Shown here: one piece after another, positions 1-13,638 of the stretch
Numbering within the stretch: position 1 is the stretch's first letter
How the letters are laid out: every line of letters begins with the position of its first letter
Assembly (NCBI GenBank): GCA_964016885.1
Contig: OZ024743.1
Span: 200,818,001-200,882,000, forward strand
DNA from: Eledone cirrhosa
Lineage: Eukaryota
Direction: 5' to 3'
Length of the DNA: 64,000 bases
Program-made: the position numbers and the translations under genes
Notes under the pieces: model-generated
Database searches by the model: none
Seen by the model: the letters and a program-made list of their open reading frames with translations, nothing else
What the model was told of the DNA's origin: nothing

Positions 1-355
1 AGTGGTCGTGGAGGTACCATGGCAAAAAAGCACCCAGCCCACACTGTAAAGTGGACGTGGAGGTGCCGCGGCAAAAAAGCACCCAGCCCACACTGTAAAG
101 TAGTCGTGGAGGTGCTTTGGCAAAAAAGCACCCAGCCCACACTGCAAAGTGGTCGTGGAGGTGCCACTCAAAAAAGCACCCAGCCCAAACTGCAAAGTGG
201 TCGCGGAGATGCCACGGATAAAAAGTACCCAGCACTCACTGTAAATGAGGTTGGTGTTAGGAAGGGCATCTAGCTGTAGAAATCAAGCCAGAATCAGTTC
301 CCGTCCAACCCCTGCAAGCAGGGAAAAGCAGACGTAAAATGATGATGATGATGAT
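1..355 (+). mobile_element. 3' tail of RTE-LINE/RTE-tailed SINE with ~52-bp subunit tandemly amplified (~5x), ending in (TGA)n
   Basis: Repeats of aaaaagcacccagcccacactgtaaagtggtcgtggaggtgcc, then gttggtgttaggaagggcatc...gacgtaaaatgatgatg; same tail as at 6180-6404 and 8540-8712. Confidence 0.8.
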
Positions 356-1090
356 ACACATATATATATGAAAACATACATAAATCATATATGCTTATTT
401 ACAAACCCATACATACACAGAAACATACCCGTTCACATACACATATACACACAAAGATACATACATACACATATACACATATACAGGACAACACAAACAC
501 ACACATAGACACATACACACAAACAAACACACATACATGTAAACACACACGTACATATTGCAACACATATACACCCCAAAATACATTATAACTTACACAC
601 ATGTAGAAAGACAATTTAACATACATACACACACACACACACATACGCAGAGAAGCACAAGCACATACGTGTACACACATACACACAAACACATTATAAC
701 TTACACACATGTACACACACACTTTAACACACATGCATACACAGACACACACACACACACATGCACACACACATACACATACACATACGCAGGGCAACTC
801 AAACAGTGCATAGACACATACACACATACATTCAAACATATTATAGCTTACACACATGTACACACACACACTTTAAATTACACACATGTATATATACACA
901 CACTCACTCACTCACTCACTCACACATACACACACATACCCATACACACATACACACAAAAACATTCTAATTTACACACATGTACACACACACACTTTAA
1001 ATTACACACATACTCACTCACATACTCACTCACATACACATACACACACATTACACACACACCCACACACACACACACACACACATACAG
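356..1090. repeat. (CA)/(TA)-rich compound microsatellite
   Basis: Direct inspection. Confidence 0.9.
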
Positions 1091-1304
1091 ACAGATCTGT
1101 CGTCTATAAAATGATTAGAATAAAATGTTGTGCAGTTGAAATTTGCTCAAATGAAATATAATTATCCAATAAATTTTCTTAAGTGTTGAAAGGAATGGAA
1201 AATCAAAAGAAAAAATATATCACTGTGGTGTATATATTAATAATAAGGATATCATATTATACTGGATGTCAATAACAAGGATATCACATTCTCATATCAC
1301 ATCA

Positions 1305-2163
1305 ATAATAATTGTTTCTACTATTGGCACAAGGCCAGCAATTACTCAGTGCATTACTGGTACTTTATTTAAGGATGAAAGGCAAAGTTAACCTCGACGG
1401 GATTTGAACTCAGAATGGCAAGGGCCGTAACTCTATGCTAGAAAGCATGACGGCCGCCCCTCTACTGATACTGCCAATCCACCGCACTTTCACATCAATA
1501 ATTATGGTTTCTGATATACGCACAAGGCCAGAAATTTTTCAGGGAAAGGAAAGTCAAATAAATCATCCTCAGTACATTACTGGTACTTTATTTTATCGAC
1601 ACCGTAAGGATGAAAGGCAAACCTAGCCTCCGTTGGATTTGAACTCAGAAAGTAAAGGGTTGTAACTATGTGCCGCAAAGCATGGTGTCCAATGCTCTAC
1701 TAATTCTGCCAATCCACCGCTCATCACATCAATAATAATTATTTCTGATTTAGGCACAAGGCCAGCAATTTTTGAGGGAGAAGAAAGTTGATTAAATCGA
1801 CCCCAGTACATGGCTGGCAATTTATTTCATCGACCCCGTAAGGATGAAAGGCAAGGTTATCTTCGGCAGCACTTGAACTCAGAACGTAAAGGGCCGTAAT
1901 TCTATGCTGCAAAGCATATTGTCTAATGCTCTACCAATACTGCCAATCCACTGCCCTGACCAACACTATAATAATTGTTTCTACTATTGGCACAAGGCCA
2001 GCAATCATCCCAGTGTATTATTGGTACTTTATTTTATCGACCCCATAAGGATGAAAGGCAAAGTGAACCTCGACGGGATTTGAACTCACACCATAAAGGG
2101 GCGTAATTCTATGCTGCAAAGCATGGCGTCCGACCTTCTACTGATACTGCTAATCCCCTGCCC
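1305..2163 (-). mobile_element. Four head-to-tail copies of tRNA-derived SINE family A (Nin/Deu-domain-like)
   Basis: Minus strand: A-box-like ggattggcagtatcggtag, B-box gagttcaaatcc, then gcctttcatccttacggggtcgataaaataaagtaccag (Nin-domain-like) and an (ATT)n tail. Confidence 0.85.
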
Positions 2164-4709
2164 TCACTATAATAATGATTCTACCTCTCTATTTACCCTC
2201 ACCACTTTCTTAATGATAATGATTTCTAATTTGGGAACAAGGCCAACAATTTGGTCTTTGCTGAAGAAAAAAGTGCATGTCTTCAATCCTTTCAAACATG
2301 TCTACCACACAACCTCTTTCACCAAGGCCACCAGGCAGATACAAACTGCCTGCCCTTCTTTGCTAAAAGATGACAGCAGATGATCTCAGCTGATAGATGG
2401 ATTTGTCCCATATGTGCCAGCAGGTTTTTAAGATAAAATCACAAGTTAGCTATACTTGGACACGAGATGAATGTGTGCAGGGCAATTTTGTTGCCCTGCA
2501 CACATCTTAGGCAGGCTTGGCTGACAGCATTTCCATGCCTGTAGAGTTTATCTCAGACTGGTAATGCTCCCCGACAACACTGCCAACCAGGGATTTCTGG
2601 AGGTTAGCCATGGGTCCTGGACCAAATGTCCTCCAGAAACATGTGACTAGTTGAGTTTCATCAACGCCCAGTATCTCTCCAAGAACATTGTCAATTTTAT
2701 CTGCCATTAACCCCCTATTGAACGCCAATGTGGAATTTCCACAAATCGCCCTGCTTGATTGGCTGAGGGCTTTGCATGCTTCATGACATTTCAGTTTTCA
2801 AGTGCTTCCTCATGGTCTTCATTTAAACCATGACTGTAGCTCTGTCAAGTAGACAAACTGTGGAAACATGTGCCTAGCAACAGACAACCACACCTGTTCA
2901 CTATCAAGGTAAAGCAGGAGATGACTAGTCCCAGCTGTTGCTGTTCTAGTCATTGCTGCTGCTGCTACTGCTTTTGTCATGGTACTATATCTAATAGAAG
3001 TAACTGCAGAATGGGTGAAAATTCAGAAATGAGGAAGTTACAACAGCATTCTAAAATACCAACAGTAAAGAGGTGTCTATGAATGACAACCATACACCAT
3101 GTCTATGAATGACAACATAACACATAGACAGAGATAGCAAAAGCAATCAACCAGTAATTTCCAAGGAAGTGAAACTCTTTAAATAAACCTCAGTATTTGA
3201 CAGGTATTTTATTTTATTCACTCCAGAAGGATGAAAGACAAAGAAACCTCAGCAAGGTTTGAACTTATAACATAAAAGGCCATTATCCTTTTTAGCACTT
3301 ACATTACTCTATATAAATTATTGTATTTTCGTAGTAAATTCTCTCACCCCTTTCTGTTCAAACCAGCTGTAACTGGCCACTCATACCGACGTTAAGGTAT
3401 TGTTCTCAGAATAAATAACATCAACATCTCATAGATTCGATATTATGTGAAACAAATATGTGAGATACAGCATTTTTTGTGAAAATACAATAGTATATAT
3501 AGAGTAATGTGAATGCTAAAGAGTAAGTAAATGCTATGAAGTATTTTATCCAATACTCTACCGATTCTGCAAATACTCCTACCACTCTATGGGAATGCCA
3601 ATAATGATATTAATAATAATCAGTGATTGTCACAAGCAGAAACAACCAGTTTGTGCAAGTGTAAAGTAGCTTTCTATTTAGTTTTACAACCAGTTTACTA
3701 ATATATAAACACTGTTCTTAGCTTTTTCTTTCCACAATAGCCTACTAAATATTCATATAGAACTTATTACTGGAACAGTCAGAAGAACAGACTAAAGAAA
3801 GAAAGAAAAATTTTTTAATATGTTTTATTGCTGTTGTTGTTTTTGTGTTACTTATGATTCATATTTAGCTTTTCTTCTTTTTGTTGTTTCTTTAAATTTC
3901 TTTGTTAAATGTTTTCTATTTTTCTTGATATTTTTAAATAAACATCAGCGACTCTTTCTTTCTGTCTTGATGGTCTTCTTTCTCCCTCTATTATATCTTT
4001 ATATCTTTCTTTCTCCTTCTATTCTATTAACATTCCTTTCTATCTTTCTTTCTTTCTCTTTTTCTCTCTTCCTTTCTTTTTTCTTTTCTTTCTTTCCTAT
4101 CTATATTCCTTTCTTTCTTTCAATACCAACCAGTTCATCAAAGAAGATGAGATTGTAAAGAGTTAGAGATTCCTAGCCTAGCCTGGCCTGGTAGGGCTAT
4201 TTGAATTGCTGATTTGGGATAAACTCTACAGGTAAGGAGCTGCCATCAGCCAAGCCCTGTCTGAGATGTATGTAGAATGACAAAACATACACACAGGTGG
4301 ATATATCTCTGTTGAATGGTTAAGAGGTTTTCTTTGCAATCATTAAGTCCTGGTTCCATACCATTGAGGGCATCTTGTGCAAGAGTTATTTACCATAGCC
4401 TCAGTCAACCCATGCCTTGGGAGTGAAATTGAGTAGATATAATCTGTTTGGAATCACCGTGGATGGACTGTACCTGTAATTCAAAGGGTTTACCTTGTCA
4501 TAGACTGTGTCATGATAAATCTCTCCCAGAATTACATTATGTGTACACGTGTCTGTGGCATGCTCAGCAATTTACATGTTAATTTCATGAGCAAGCTGTT
4601 CCATTCATCAAACAACTGGTACAATCATTGTTGAAACCCCATTTGTTTAGTATAAGTATTGTTGATCTGTAGTTTTATGTCAAACAACTGCTGAGTCATT
4701 TAGCATTAA

Positions 4710-4929
4710 CCTTTTAGCATCTAAACCAGTCATATCCGACCAGAATTCTCTCACCTCTTTCTGTTCAAACCAGCTGTAACTGACCACTCATACTTATATT
4801 AAGGTATTGTTCTCAAACTAAATAATATAAAAATCTCATACATTCGATATTATGTGAGGCACTATGTGAAATAAAGCCTTTACTGTGAAAATACAATAGC
4901 ATATATAGAGTAATATAAATACTAAAGGG
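4710..4929. mobile_element. piggyBac-like MITE
   Basis: TTAA|CCTTTTAGCAT...ATACTAAAGGG|TTAA termini; related copies at ~3285-3525 (degenerate) and 42657-42980. Confidence 0.7.
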
Positions 4930-5063
4930 TTAATGGATCCAGGTATTAGTTGGGTCCTTTGTGAAGATCACCCCAAGCCTCCTTTTGGTTTGGAAGGGCA
5001 AGTAAGTTGTTTTCATCTGTCTGGCAACCATGGTGAAAGAGATTCTGTGGATGACAACATTAA

Positions 5064-5399
5064 CCCTTTTGAAACTCACTCACTTATAAACTGCCTTTGG
5101 ATCTATGAAATAAATACCCCCTAATTTAATCTTTAGCACGATAAATTTTTTTATGAATTGCTTCCCTTGACACTGCACTAAGTATTAAAGGGAGATTACT
5201 CTATTCGGCAACATAACGTGCCTAGAGCGCCCATAAGTTTAAAGGGGTCTTATTTGAATAAAAAAAATGTTCAACATTGTTGAGTTATATTACAAATACC
5301 ATCTTAATAATGACATATTTAATATAGTAAATCTACTCAAATTCTTTAGAAATTAATTGGAATACAGTGTATTTCATTAGAAATATGGTAATGAAAGGG
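5064..5399. mobile_element. piggyBac-like MITE, second family
   Basis: TTAA|CCCTTT...AAAGGG|TTAA; 3' part shared with 28386-28637. Confidence 0.65.
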
Positions 5400-5909
5400 T
5401 TAAAAAGACAGATACTGTCATCTTCTACCAATGCCTCACCAACTGGCAAAGGAAAGTGAGAGGGGAGAGAAAAGCACTACTCTTTTCTGACAATAAAAAG
5501 TATGACCTATGTAAAAGGCAGGAACTACTGTTAGGCCAACTAGTCAACCATTTAGAATGAAGGCATTAGAGAGATGAGAAAGAGCTGCACCATCATTGGG
5601 GTGGTACTTTCTGTATCAATCCTAAAAGGCTGAGAGATAAATTGGACAGTTCAATATCTGACTAGGTCACCTTTATCTTTCAACTATTTGAGGTTGATAA
5701 ACAGAGCACTAGTCAAGTACTGAAGATGATGGTTACTTTACATCTCTTTCTCATTTCATTTCAATTTTTCTCTCACTCTGGCTGAAATTGGCTGTGTTCA
5801 GATCTGGGGAGTAGATGGGCTCCAGACATGGTGCCCTAATAACTCCAGCAAGAGTTACAGGTCCATGTATACATGCATATATACATACATATATACGTAT
5901 ATACATACG

Positions 5910-6404
5910 TTGCGTTCGTATGGACATGTGAGGTGTATGAAGGATGACAGCTGCATAAAAAGGTGCAGAGCACTAGAAGTCGATGGAAACCGTGGTGTGG
6001 GGAGACCCAAGAAGACCTGGGATGAGGTGATAAAAGCCGACTTTACGCAATTACACCTCTCAAAGGCGATGACACACGACCGTGACCTCTGGCGTCATGC
6101 AGTAATACAGAAGACCCGACCTCTCCAGAGGTACAAGCCGTAGCTGAAGCATATAGACACTATACCCCCACACCCTCCCACTGCAAAGTGGACGTGTAGG
6201 CGCCACGGAATAAAGCACCCAGCACTCACTGTAAATGAGGTTGGTGTTAGGAAGGGCATCCAGCTGTAGAAATCAAGCCAGAATCAGTTCCCGTATGACC
6301 AAGACAAACTCAGCCGACCGGACACTGCCCACAACAGGACAACCCGTCTAACCCATGCTAGCGTGGAAGAACGGACGTAAAACAGTGATGATGATGATGA
6401 TGAT
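5910..6404 (+). mobile_element. 5'-truncated RTE-clade LINE: ORF C-terminus plus 3' UTR and (TGA)n tail
   Basis: Peptide LRSYGHVRCMKDDSCIKRCRALEVDGNRGVGRPKKTWDEVIKAD...DRDLWR (RTE C-terminal GHV..R, GRP..TW and DR..WR motifs), stop at 6143. Confidence 0.85.
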
Positions 6405-6407
6405 ATG

Positions 6408-6610
6408 AAGGTACGTGGCTGATTTGTTAGAGAATTGGATTTGCAATCATGAGGTTGTGAGTTCGATTGCCGGACTGAGTGATGTGTTATGTCCTTGAGC
6501 AAGACACTGTATTTCACGTTGCTCCTTCTGCCTGGATTTGCAACCGACAATTGGAAAGACCAATGGAAACATTGTTGCCTGGGTTTGATTTGACGAAAGT
6601 CAATCAACTG
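6408..6610 (+). mobile_element. tRNA-derived CORE-like SINE family B (tail type iii)
   Basis: tggctgatttgttaga...gagttcgatt head, gtccttgagcaagacactgtatttcacgttgctcc CORE-like domain; same tail at ~18178-18310 and ~61800-61990. Confidence 0.7.
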
Positions 6611-7338
6611 TCTATATATATATATGTACATACAATCATAAATACATACATACATATGTGTGTGTGTGTATATATATATAGATGTGCATTTACCAGTGTG
6701 TATGGGTGTATTGATGTATGCAAATCTATGTGTTAACAATTAACTTTATAAACACAATAGTAGTGTCATATTAGACACAGATGTTTTTTCCGAAGACAAA
6801 AACATTTCTTTAACGCCTAGTTTCTCTTGTACTGTTATTATTGACATATCTGTGTGGTTCCATACACCTGTGTTTGTTTGTGTTCGTGTGTGTGTGTGAG
6901 TGTGTGTGTGTATGTGTATGTGTTTGTGTGTATGTCTGTGTGGGTGTATGTATTTTGTGAGTGTACTTTTGTTGTTGACCTAAAGAATGTTGTAAGATCT
7001 TTTTCTTTTCTCTCGTTCTCTCTTTCACTCCTTCACTTTCTTTTGTGTGAATGTATATTCATCTATAGCAGTAAACAAATATATACATTCACACACAAAC
7101 ATATATATATATCTCTGTGTGTGTATGTGTGTGTGTGTCTGAGTGTCTACATGTGTGTGCAGAGATATATATGCATTCATTTGAATGAAACAGTTCTAGT
7201 CCTGTAGATGTCATGTCTATATTAAACTTGATGTTTACACTTTACTAATGTATTGAGTACCTTACTAACTGTGGTTACCCCCCCCCCCCCGATTGAACCA
7301 GGGACTTACATATATATATGTATATTTATATATATATG

Positions 7339-7369
<31 letters not shown>

Positions 7370-7443
7370 TTTTATATATATATATATACATATATATGCG
7401 TGTATATATGAATATATATATATATATATGCGTGTATATATGA

Positions 7444-7476
<33 letters not shown>

Positions 7477-7735
7477 TATGCATGTAGATATGAATATATA
7501 TATATATATATGTATATATAAATATAATTTCAGCGAGATCGTATTTTGGCGAGGGCCCAAAACAAATCAAAACACAATCCTCGAGATATGCGGCAAGCGC
7601 TCAATGGACTAAAAGAAGACCAGAGCAATTAACATACATTATAAAGGCCAAATATAATGAAGCCATCAGCCACCGGAGCCAAAAAAATGAAGCAAGCTAA
7701 ACAGGTTAACAAAAGAATTGTATATATATATATAT

Positions 7736-7942
7736 ATAGGAACGAGTAGGACCCCGACGGCTGAGCTCAAGCCGTTTCGACGGCTAATTCTGGACTAATT
7801 TTAGTCCAGAATTAGCCGTCGAAATGGCTTGAGCTCAGCCGTCGGGGTCCTACTCGTTCCTATTACCCACTCTATTACCCTAAGTATTGAGTACTTTGGT
7901 GCGTTATGGTCCACCTGGTTCCTTACCACATTTCCTTCGTTA
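7736..7942 (+). mobile_element. Fold-back insertion of HHR-bearing repeat family B (Penelope pLTR-like), lacking the 5' half of the core
   Basis: 63-bp inverted arms 7736-7798/7801-7863 plus tail, within (TA)n; contains GAAA-stem III-GUC-GGGGUC half of the HHR. Confidence 0.7.
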
Positions 7943-8094
7943 TATATATATATATATATATTAAAAAGTGAGGTTCTTTTTACAAACGAAAAATAACCTA
8001 GGTGTCCTACATGAGTGAAAGTATAAAGAAAAAAAGATGAAATCGAAAATGCAACTGGAGTCTTATTTTTTTAAAAATATATATATATACACAT

Positions 8095-8137
<43 letters not shown>

Positions 8138-8370
8138 GAGGTTATATTTAATTTGTTGGAATTCAACAAGCTTAAAAGTTTTTATAATTGATATAAAGCA
8201 CTCAACAAGTTAGTGGAGTAAATATACAATATATTAACAAATGAAAACTATATTTATAAAACCATATTTATTTTGTTATACATATTTCAAGGGCCACCAA
8301 GGCACTATCCAGGAAGCTCCAACCGTTAAGGTTGTCTTTTTTTCAGGGTATGTCAATATATTTTTATAAA

Positions 8371-8712
8371 GGCACATGGCTTAGTGGTTAGAGCATTGGC
8401 CTTGCAATCGAAAGGTTGTGAGTTCAATTCTCAGACTGGGTGATGTGCTGTTTCCTTGAGCAAGACACTTTATTTCACATTGCTCCAGTTTACTCAGCTG
8501 TAGAAATGAGATGATAGGGACTGGGGTCCCTATCATTCCACTGTAAAGTGGTCGTGGAGGTGCCACGGCAAAAAGCACCCAGCACTCACTGTAAATGAGG
8601 TTGGTGTTAGGAAGGGCATCCAGCTGTAGAAATCAAGCCAGAATCAGTTCCCGTCCCACCCTTGCAAGCAGGGAAAAGCGGACGTAAAATGATGATGATG
8701 ATGATGATGATG
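8371..8712 (+). mobile_element. Full-length CORE-like SINE family B with RTE-derived tail
   Basis: ggcacatggcttagtggttagagc A-box, gagttcaattc B-box, CORE-like ccttgagcaagacactttatttcac, RTE tail, (TGA)n. Confidence 0.85.
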
Positions 8713-8729
8713 AAAACAAATCTGTATTG

Positions 8730-8795
8730 TATTTTATCTGATGAAAGCACACCATAATTTGCCTTGGTGGCCCTTGAAATATGTATAATAAAATA
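8730..8795 (+). ncRNA. Minimal type I hammerhead ribozyme (family C)
   Basis: UAUUUUAU-CUGAUGA-AAG...CUU-GAAA-UAUGUA-UA^-AUAAAAUA; 8-bp stem I, quasi-palindromic stem III. Confidence 0.75.
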
Positions 8796-8833
8796 AATAT
8801 GGTTTTATAAATATAGTTTCCATTTGTTAATAT

Positions 8834-8877
<44 letters not shown>

Positions 8878-8983
8878 CATGTATGTATATGTATACATAC
8901 TAATGTATGTCTGTATACATATACTTATATTTAAGTAACAGCCGTACTAAGAGTGAGAAATGAAATTTTGTTTCATTTTCTCC

Positions 8984-9029
<46 letters not shown>

Positions 9030-10087
9030 ATGTGTATATATATATATATTATATATATATATACAGAGGCATGGGTTAGTAGATAAAGAGACCAGTTCAC
9101 ACAGTATCTTCATTTATTTATTTAAATATTGTCTTATTGATTACATGTGTAGTATATGTCTGAGTTTGTGTGCAGGAATCAAATGGTGCAATCGATTCTT
9201 AATAAATATAAACACTACACCAGATATTGAGTACTCTTTTCACTTGTTTGTAAATGTAAATATGTGTGAGCATATATATATATATATATATCATCATCAT
9301 GGTAACCACTGTTTAACATCTATTTTTCCATACTAGCATGGGTTAGATGTGTTGCCCCATTGAGGGACAAGTCAGGTCTGATCTGATGACCATGTCTTGT
9401 TGATATGGGACTGGTTTTGGCTTGGTTTCTACAGCTGGATGCTCTTCCTAACATCAACCTCATTTATATTGTATGTTGGGTGCTTCTTATTCTGACATCT
9501 ACATGACCACTTTGCAGTGTGGGCTCGGCACTTTTTGTCCTGTCTCCATCACAACCACTTTATATCGTGGACTGGGGACTTAGGTGGAGGGAATTCGGGG
9601 AATTGGCGAGGTAGATCTAGAGGCGTGTCTGAGGGGGAAGAGGGTTCAAGTGTGGGTGGAGTGTTAGGCAGTGGGAGGTGCCGGAGCAGGAGGGATGTGG
9701 ACATGGGAGGTTAGCCAGGACGCGGAAGTGTATTTAAATGGAAGGGGGAATGTAGTGCACACTAGATGTATGCTTCAGTGGGGCTGGAGCATTGCCAAAA
9801 TTATAAGGGTCTGTGACTTCATGTGGGTGGAGGGCTTTGCCAGAATTAGCAGGGCACTATGACATCACAAAAAGGGAAGCAGGATGCAGTAGCAGCATGA
9901 TGAGTTTTCTCACCCTCTTGGTCAAGGAATGTCTCATGAGCTACACAAACTATGTTTTCCTACCTTGTATCTTCTTGCATGCTGCATATATATAATATAT
10001 ATATATATATATATGAGGTACAAGGAAAGAAAACATAATCCGTGTACATCATGAGATGTCTCACTAGTTGATATTCTCCAGATTACA

Positions 10088-10500
<413 letters not shown>

Positions 10501-11592
10501 TATATATATATATATATATATATGTATTTCCTAAACAAATCTAGTACAAATGGGTTACATTACAGTCATGTTTTATTATAAAGATATACGTACATGCACG
10601 CACACACACATACCACACATACACACACATATATATAACAAAAATGGAATCAGTATGCAAAACATCAACTGCCCAAATATGCAAGGAGGCAAGTAACCAA
10701 CAGACCTCTTGCTGATTAACTGAACAAGCAACCCAACAAATCTGCAAATATAATACAATGAGGTTGCTTGATGTACTAGAAATATCAGCATAATACCTCT
10801 TAATTCACACCCTACACCCTTAAAATCAGAAGAACTTGTATAATGTAGTCCTAAATACACTATGTTTGAGAATATTAACTGGATAGTTACAGCTGTTCTG
10901 AAAGATAAAGAAAAACAAAGGAAGAAGAAATTGGATAATACAGTTCTATAGAAAAACACAATGACTAATAAAGGAAGTAGGATGATAATGGTTGGGGCAT
11001 CTTTGACCATAGGTCTGCTTGATCAGGGTTTAACTGGGACTAACCAACAACAATAAGCAACAAAGAAGTAAGCAGACATCTAGGGAACAAACAAGCAAAC
11101 AAATCCAACCACCCAGCTACTCAACCAACCAGCCAACCTCTCAATCAACACTCCAGCCAGACTGTCAATGAGCCAGTAACCCAACCAGCCATCCTCCAGT
11201 AGACCAGAAACCTAGCCAGCCTGTCAACTCATATGCCAGCCTACCAGCCAGACTGTCAATCGGGCAGTAACCTAACCAGTCATCCAGTAGACCAGAAACC
11301 TAGCCAGCCTGTCAATGTGTAATCCAGTCCACTAGTAACCTATCTAGCTATCGAGTTGACCAGAAACCCAGCCATCCATCCAGCCAGCCTTTCAACCTAC
11401 AAACCAGCCAGCCAACCAACCAGCCATTAAGAAACAACCCATCCCACCAGCCAGTCAATAATAAACCCAGTCAACCAATAAACCAGACATTAACCAGCCA
11501 ACTAGTTTACATAATTCAAAGTATATGACACAATACAGAACATATCAGCTTTTCTGTCATACCACATGACCCTCTACACCTCCTCCTCAATA

Positions 11593-12295
11593 CCTAAGAG
11601 CCCCTTACTCCCAATACAACCAGAGAGTAGCTTAAGGGCCCTCCTACTCCCAACACAACCTGAGAGTAGCTTAAGGGCCCACCTACTCCCAACACAAGCT
11701 GAGAGTAGCTTAAGGGCCCACCTACTCCCAACACAACCAGAGAGTAGCTTAAGGGCCCTCCTACTCCCAACACAACCAGAGAGTAGCTTAAGGGCCCTCC
11801 TACTCCCAACACAACCCGAGAGTAGCTTAAGGGCCCTCCTACTCTCAACACAGCCTGAGAGTAGCTTAAGACCCCTCCTACTCCCAACACAGCCTGAGAG
11901 TAGCTTAAGGGCCCTCCTACTCCCAACACAGCCTGAGAGTAGCTTAAGGGCCCTCCTACTCTCAACACAGCCTGAGAGTAGCTTAAGGGCCCTCCTACTC
12001 TCAACACAGCCTGAGAGTAGCTTAAGACCCCTCCTACTCCCAACACAGCCTGAGAGTAGCTTAAGGGCCCTCCTACTCCCAACACAGCCAGAGAGTAGCT
12101 TAAGGTCCCTCCTACTCCCAACACAGCCTGAGAGTAGCTTAAGGGCCCTCCTACTCTCACACAACCTGAGAGTAGCCTAAGGACCTCCCCACTCCCAACA
12201 CAGCCTGAGAGTAGCCTAAGGACCCTCCTACTCCCAACACAACCTGAGAGTAGCTTAAGGACCTCCCCACTCCCAACACAACCCGAGAGTATCCT
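11593..12295. repeat. 42-bp minisatellite (~16 copies)
   Basis: Unit cctgagagtagcttaagggccctcctactcccaacacag-type; generates the repetitive ORFs. Confidence 0.95.
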
Positions 12296-12712
12296 ACCCC
12301 CTCTCCTACACCCAACACACCCACAGTGTGCCTGTTACCTGTATAACTTGTACAGCACACTTCTTCAAACACAATTAGAAAAGAATATTAATGTTATTGT
12401 TGTATTGTAATATAGACAAACTCATATATGCATCCCTCTCACTCAGTCTCTTCCTTTCTCTCTTCCCCTCTCTCACTCTCTCCCAATTTTCTTTTTCTCT
12501 CTCTTCCTCTTCTCACTCATATCTATCTTTCTATTTTTTATTTTATTTCTCAATCAATTTTCTGGAGAAAGAGTAGCGCCTGAAACGTTAAGATTCTTTT
12601 CCTACTACATCAAGTGTTAAACTAATATATATTTACATTGTACTGTATTGTTTACTTTGTTGTGTTCCATTTACATTCCCCCCCCCCCCACACATATATA
12701 TATATATATATG

Positions 12713-12913
12713 TAACAAAGAAAGTGTGGTAAGAAACCATGTGGACCATAATGTACCAGAGTACTCGATACTTAGGGTAGTAGAGGGTGTAATAGGAAAA
12801 GAGTCAGGACCCCGACAGCTGAGCTCCGGCCGTTTCGACAGCTAGATCCGAACTAAGTCAGCAGTATTAGGACAGCGGGAATCTAGCTGAACTTATCATG
12901 GGGTACAGTCCAT
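12713..12913 (-). mobile_element. HHR family B element, complete motif with A3 core (AUGAUAA)
   Basis: Minus: GGACUGUACCCC-AUGAUAA-GUUCAGCUAGAU...AUCUAGCUGUC-GAAA-CGGC...GCUG-UC-GGGGUCC. Confidence 0.6.
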
Positions 12914-13237
12914 ATGGTCATGCAGTCAAAACAAAAAAAGCAGAAGTATTATCTCCTTATAATATATAACCAGCAATTTCTCTGTCTCTGTCCGACAGTG
13001 GAAACACGTGCGCGCGTGGTTGCTATCTCTCTCTCTCTCCAGCTATCCCTCTCTTTTAGTCTGTCTGTTTCTCTCACTCTCACTCTTTCTCTTTGTAACA
13101 CACTAACATTCCTCCCCTCTATCGCTGTGACGAATGGGGAGATGGAGGAGGAGGAGGATGAGGAGAGAGTCACTTCGTCACTTCACCTCTGCCTTTCTTT
13201 CTCTCCCCTCTCACTCCCTCATTACGTACCGACATTA

Positions 13238-13430
13238 GGGCGGTGGATTGGCAGAATCTGTAGAGAGTCGGACACCATGCTTCATAGCATGGAGTTATGT
13301 CCCTTTACGGTCTGAGTTCAAATACCGCCGAGGTTAACTTTGCCTTTCATCCTCACGGGGTCGATAAAATAAAGTACCAGTAATGTACTGGGTAATTGCT
13401 GGCCTTGTGCCAAAAGTAGAAACAATTATT
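13238..13430 (+). mobile_element. Full-length SINE family A
   Basis: gggcggtggattggcagaatc...gagttcaaataccgccgagg...gtagaaacaattatt. Confidence 0.9.
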
Positions 13431-13597
13431 AGAAACATTGCTTCTATTTTACATATCTAAGCATTAGTAAAATAACTAATAATTTCAAAAGTAATTTTTC
13501 AATTCCAATTGTTATGAACAGCAAAACATTAATAATAATTTTGTTCTAAGAAATATATATATATACACACAGAAATATATATACATTTCTGTGTGTG

Positions 13598-13619
<22 letters not shown>

Positions 13620-13638
<19 letters not shown>

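Larger units (their letters stand above)
8223..8840 (+). mobile_element. Penelope-like pLTR fragment (HHR family C) with inverted 5' copy, interrupted by a SINE
   Basis: 8223-8303 is the reverse complement of 8761-8840; related copies at ~18012-18180, ~18950-19120, ~22711-22880 and ~57165-57330. Confidence 0.7.

Noticed and set aside
11566-12180. 204-aa repetitive ORF
   Set aside because: By-product of a 42-bp minisatellite, open on both strands
12990-13190. Promoter-like motif group (CACGTG, GTTGCTA, TGACG)
   Set aside because: Short motifs with no associated transcript evidence
13238-13330. tRNA genes at SINE heads
   Set aside because: A/B boxes continue into SINE bodies; no complete cloverleaf
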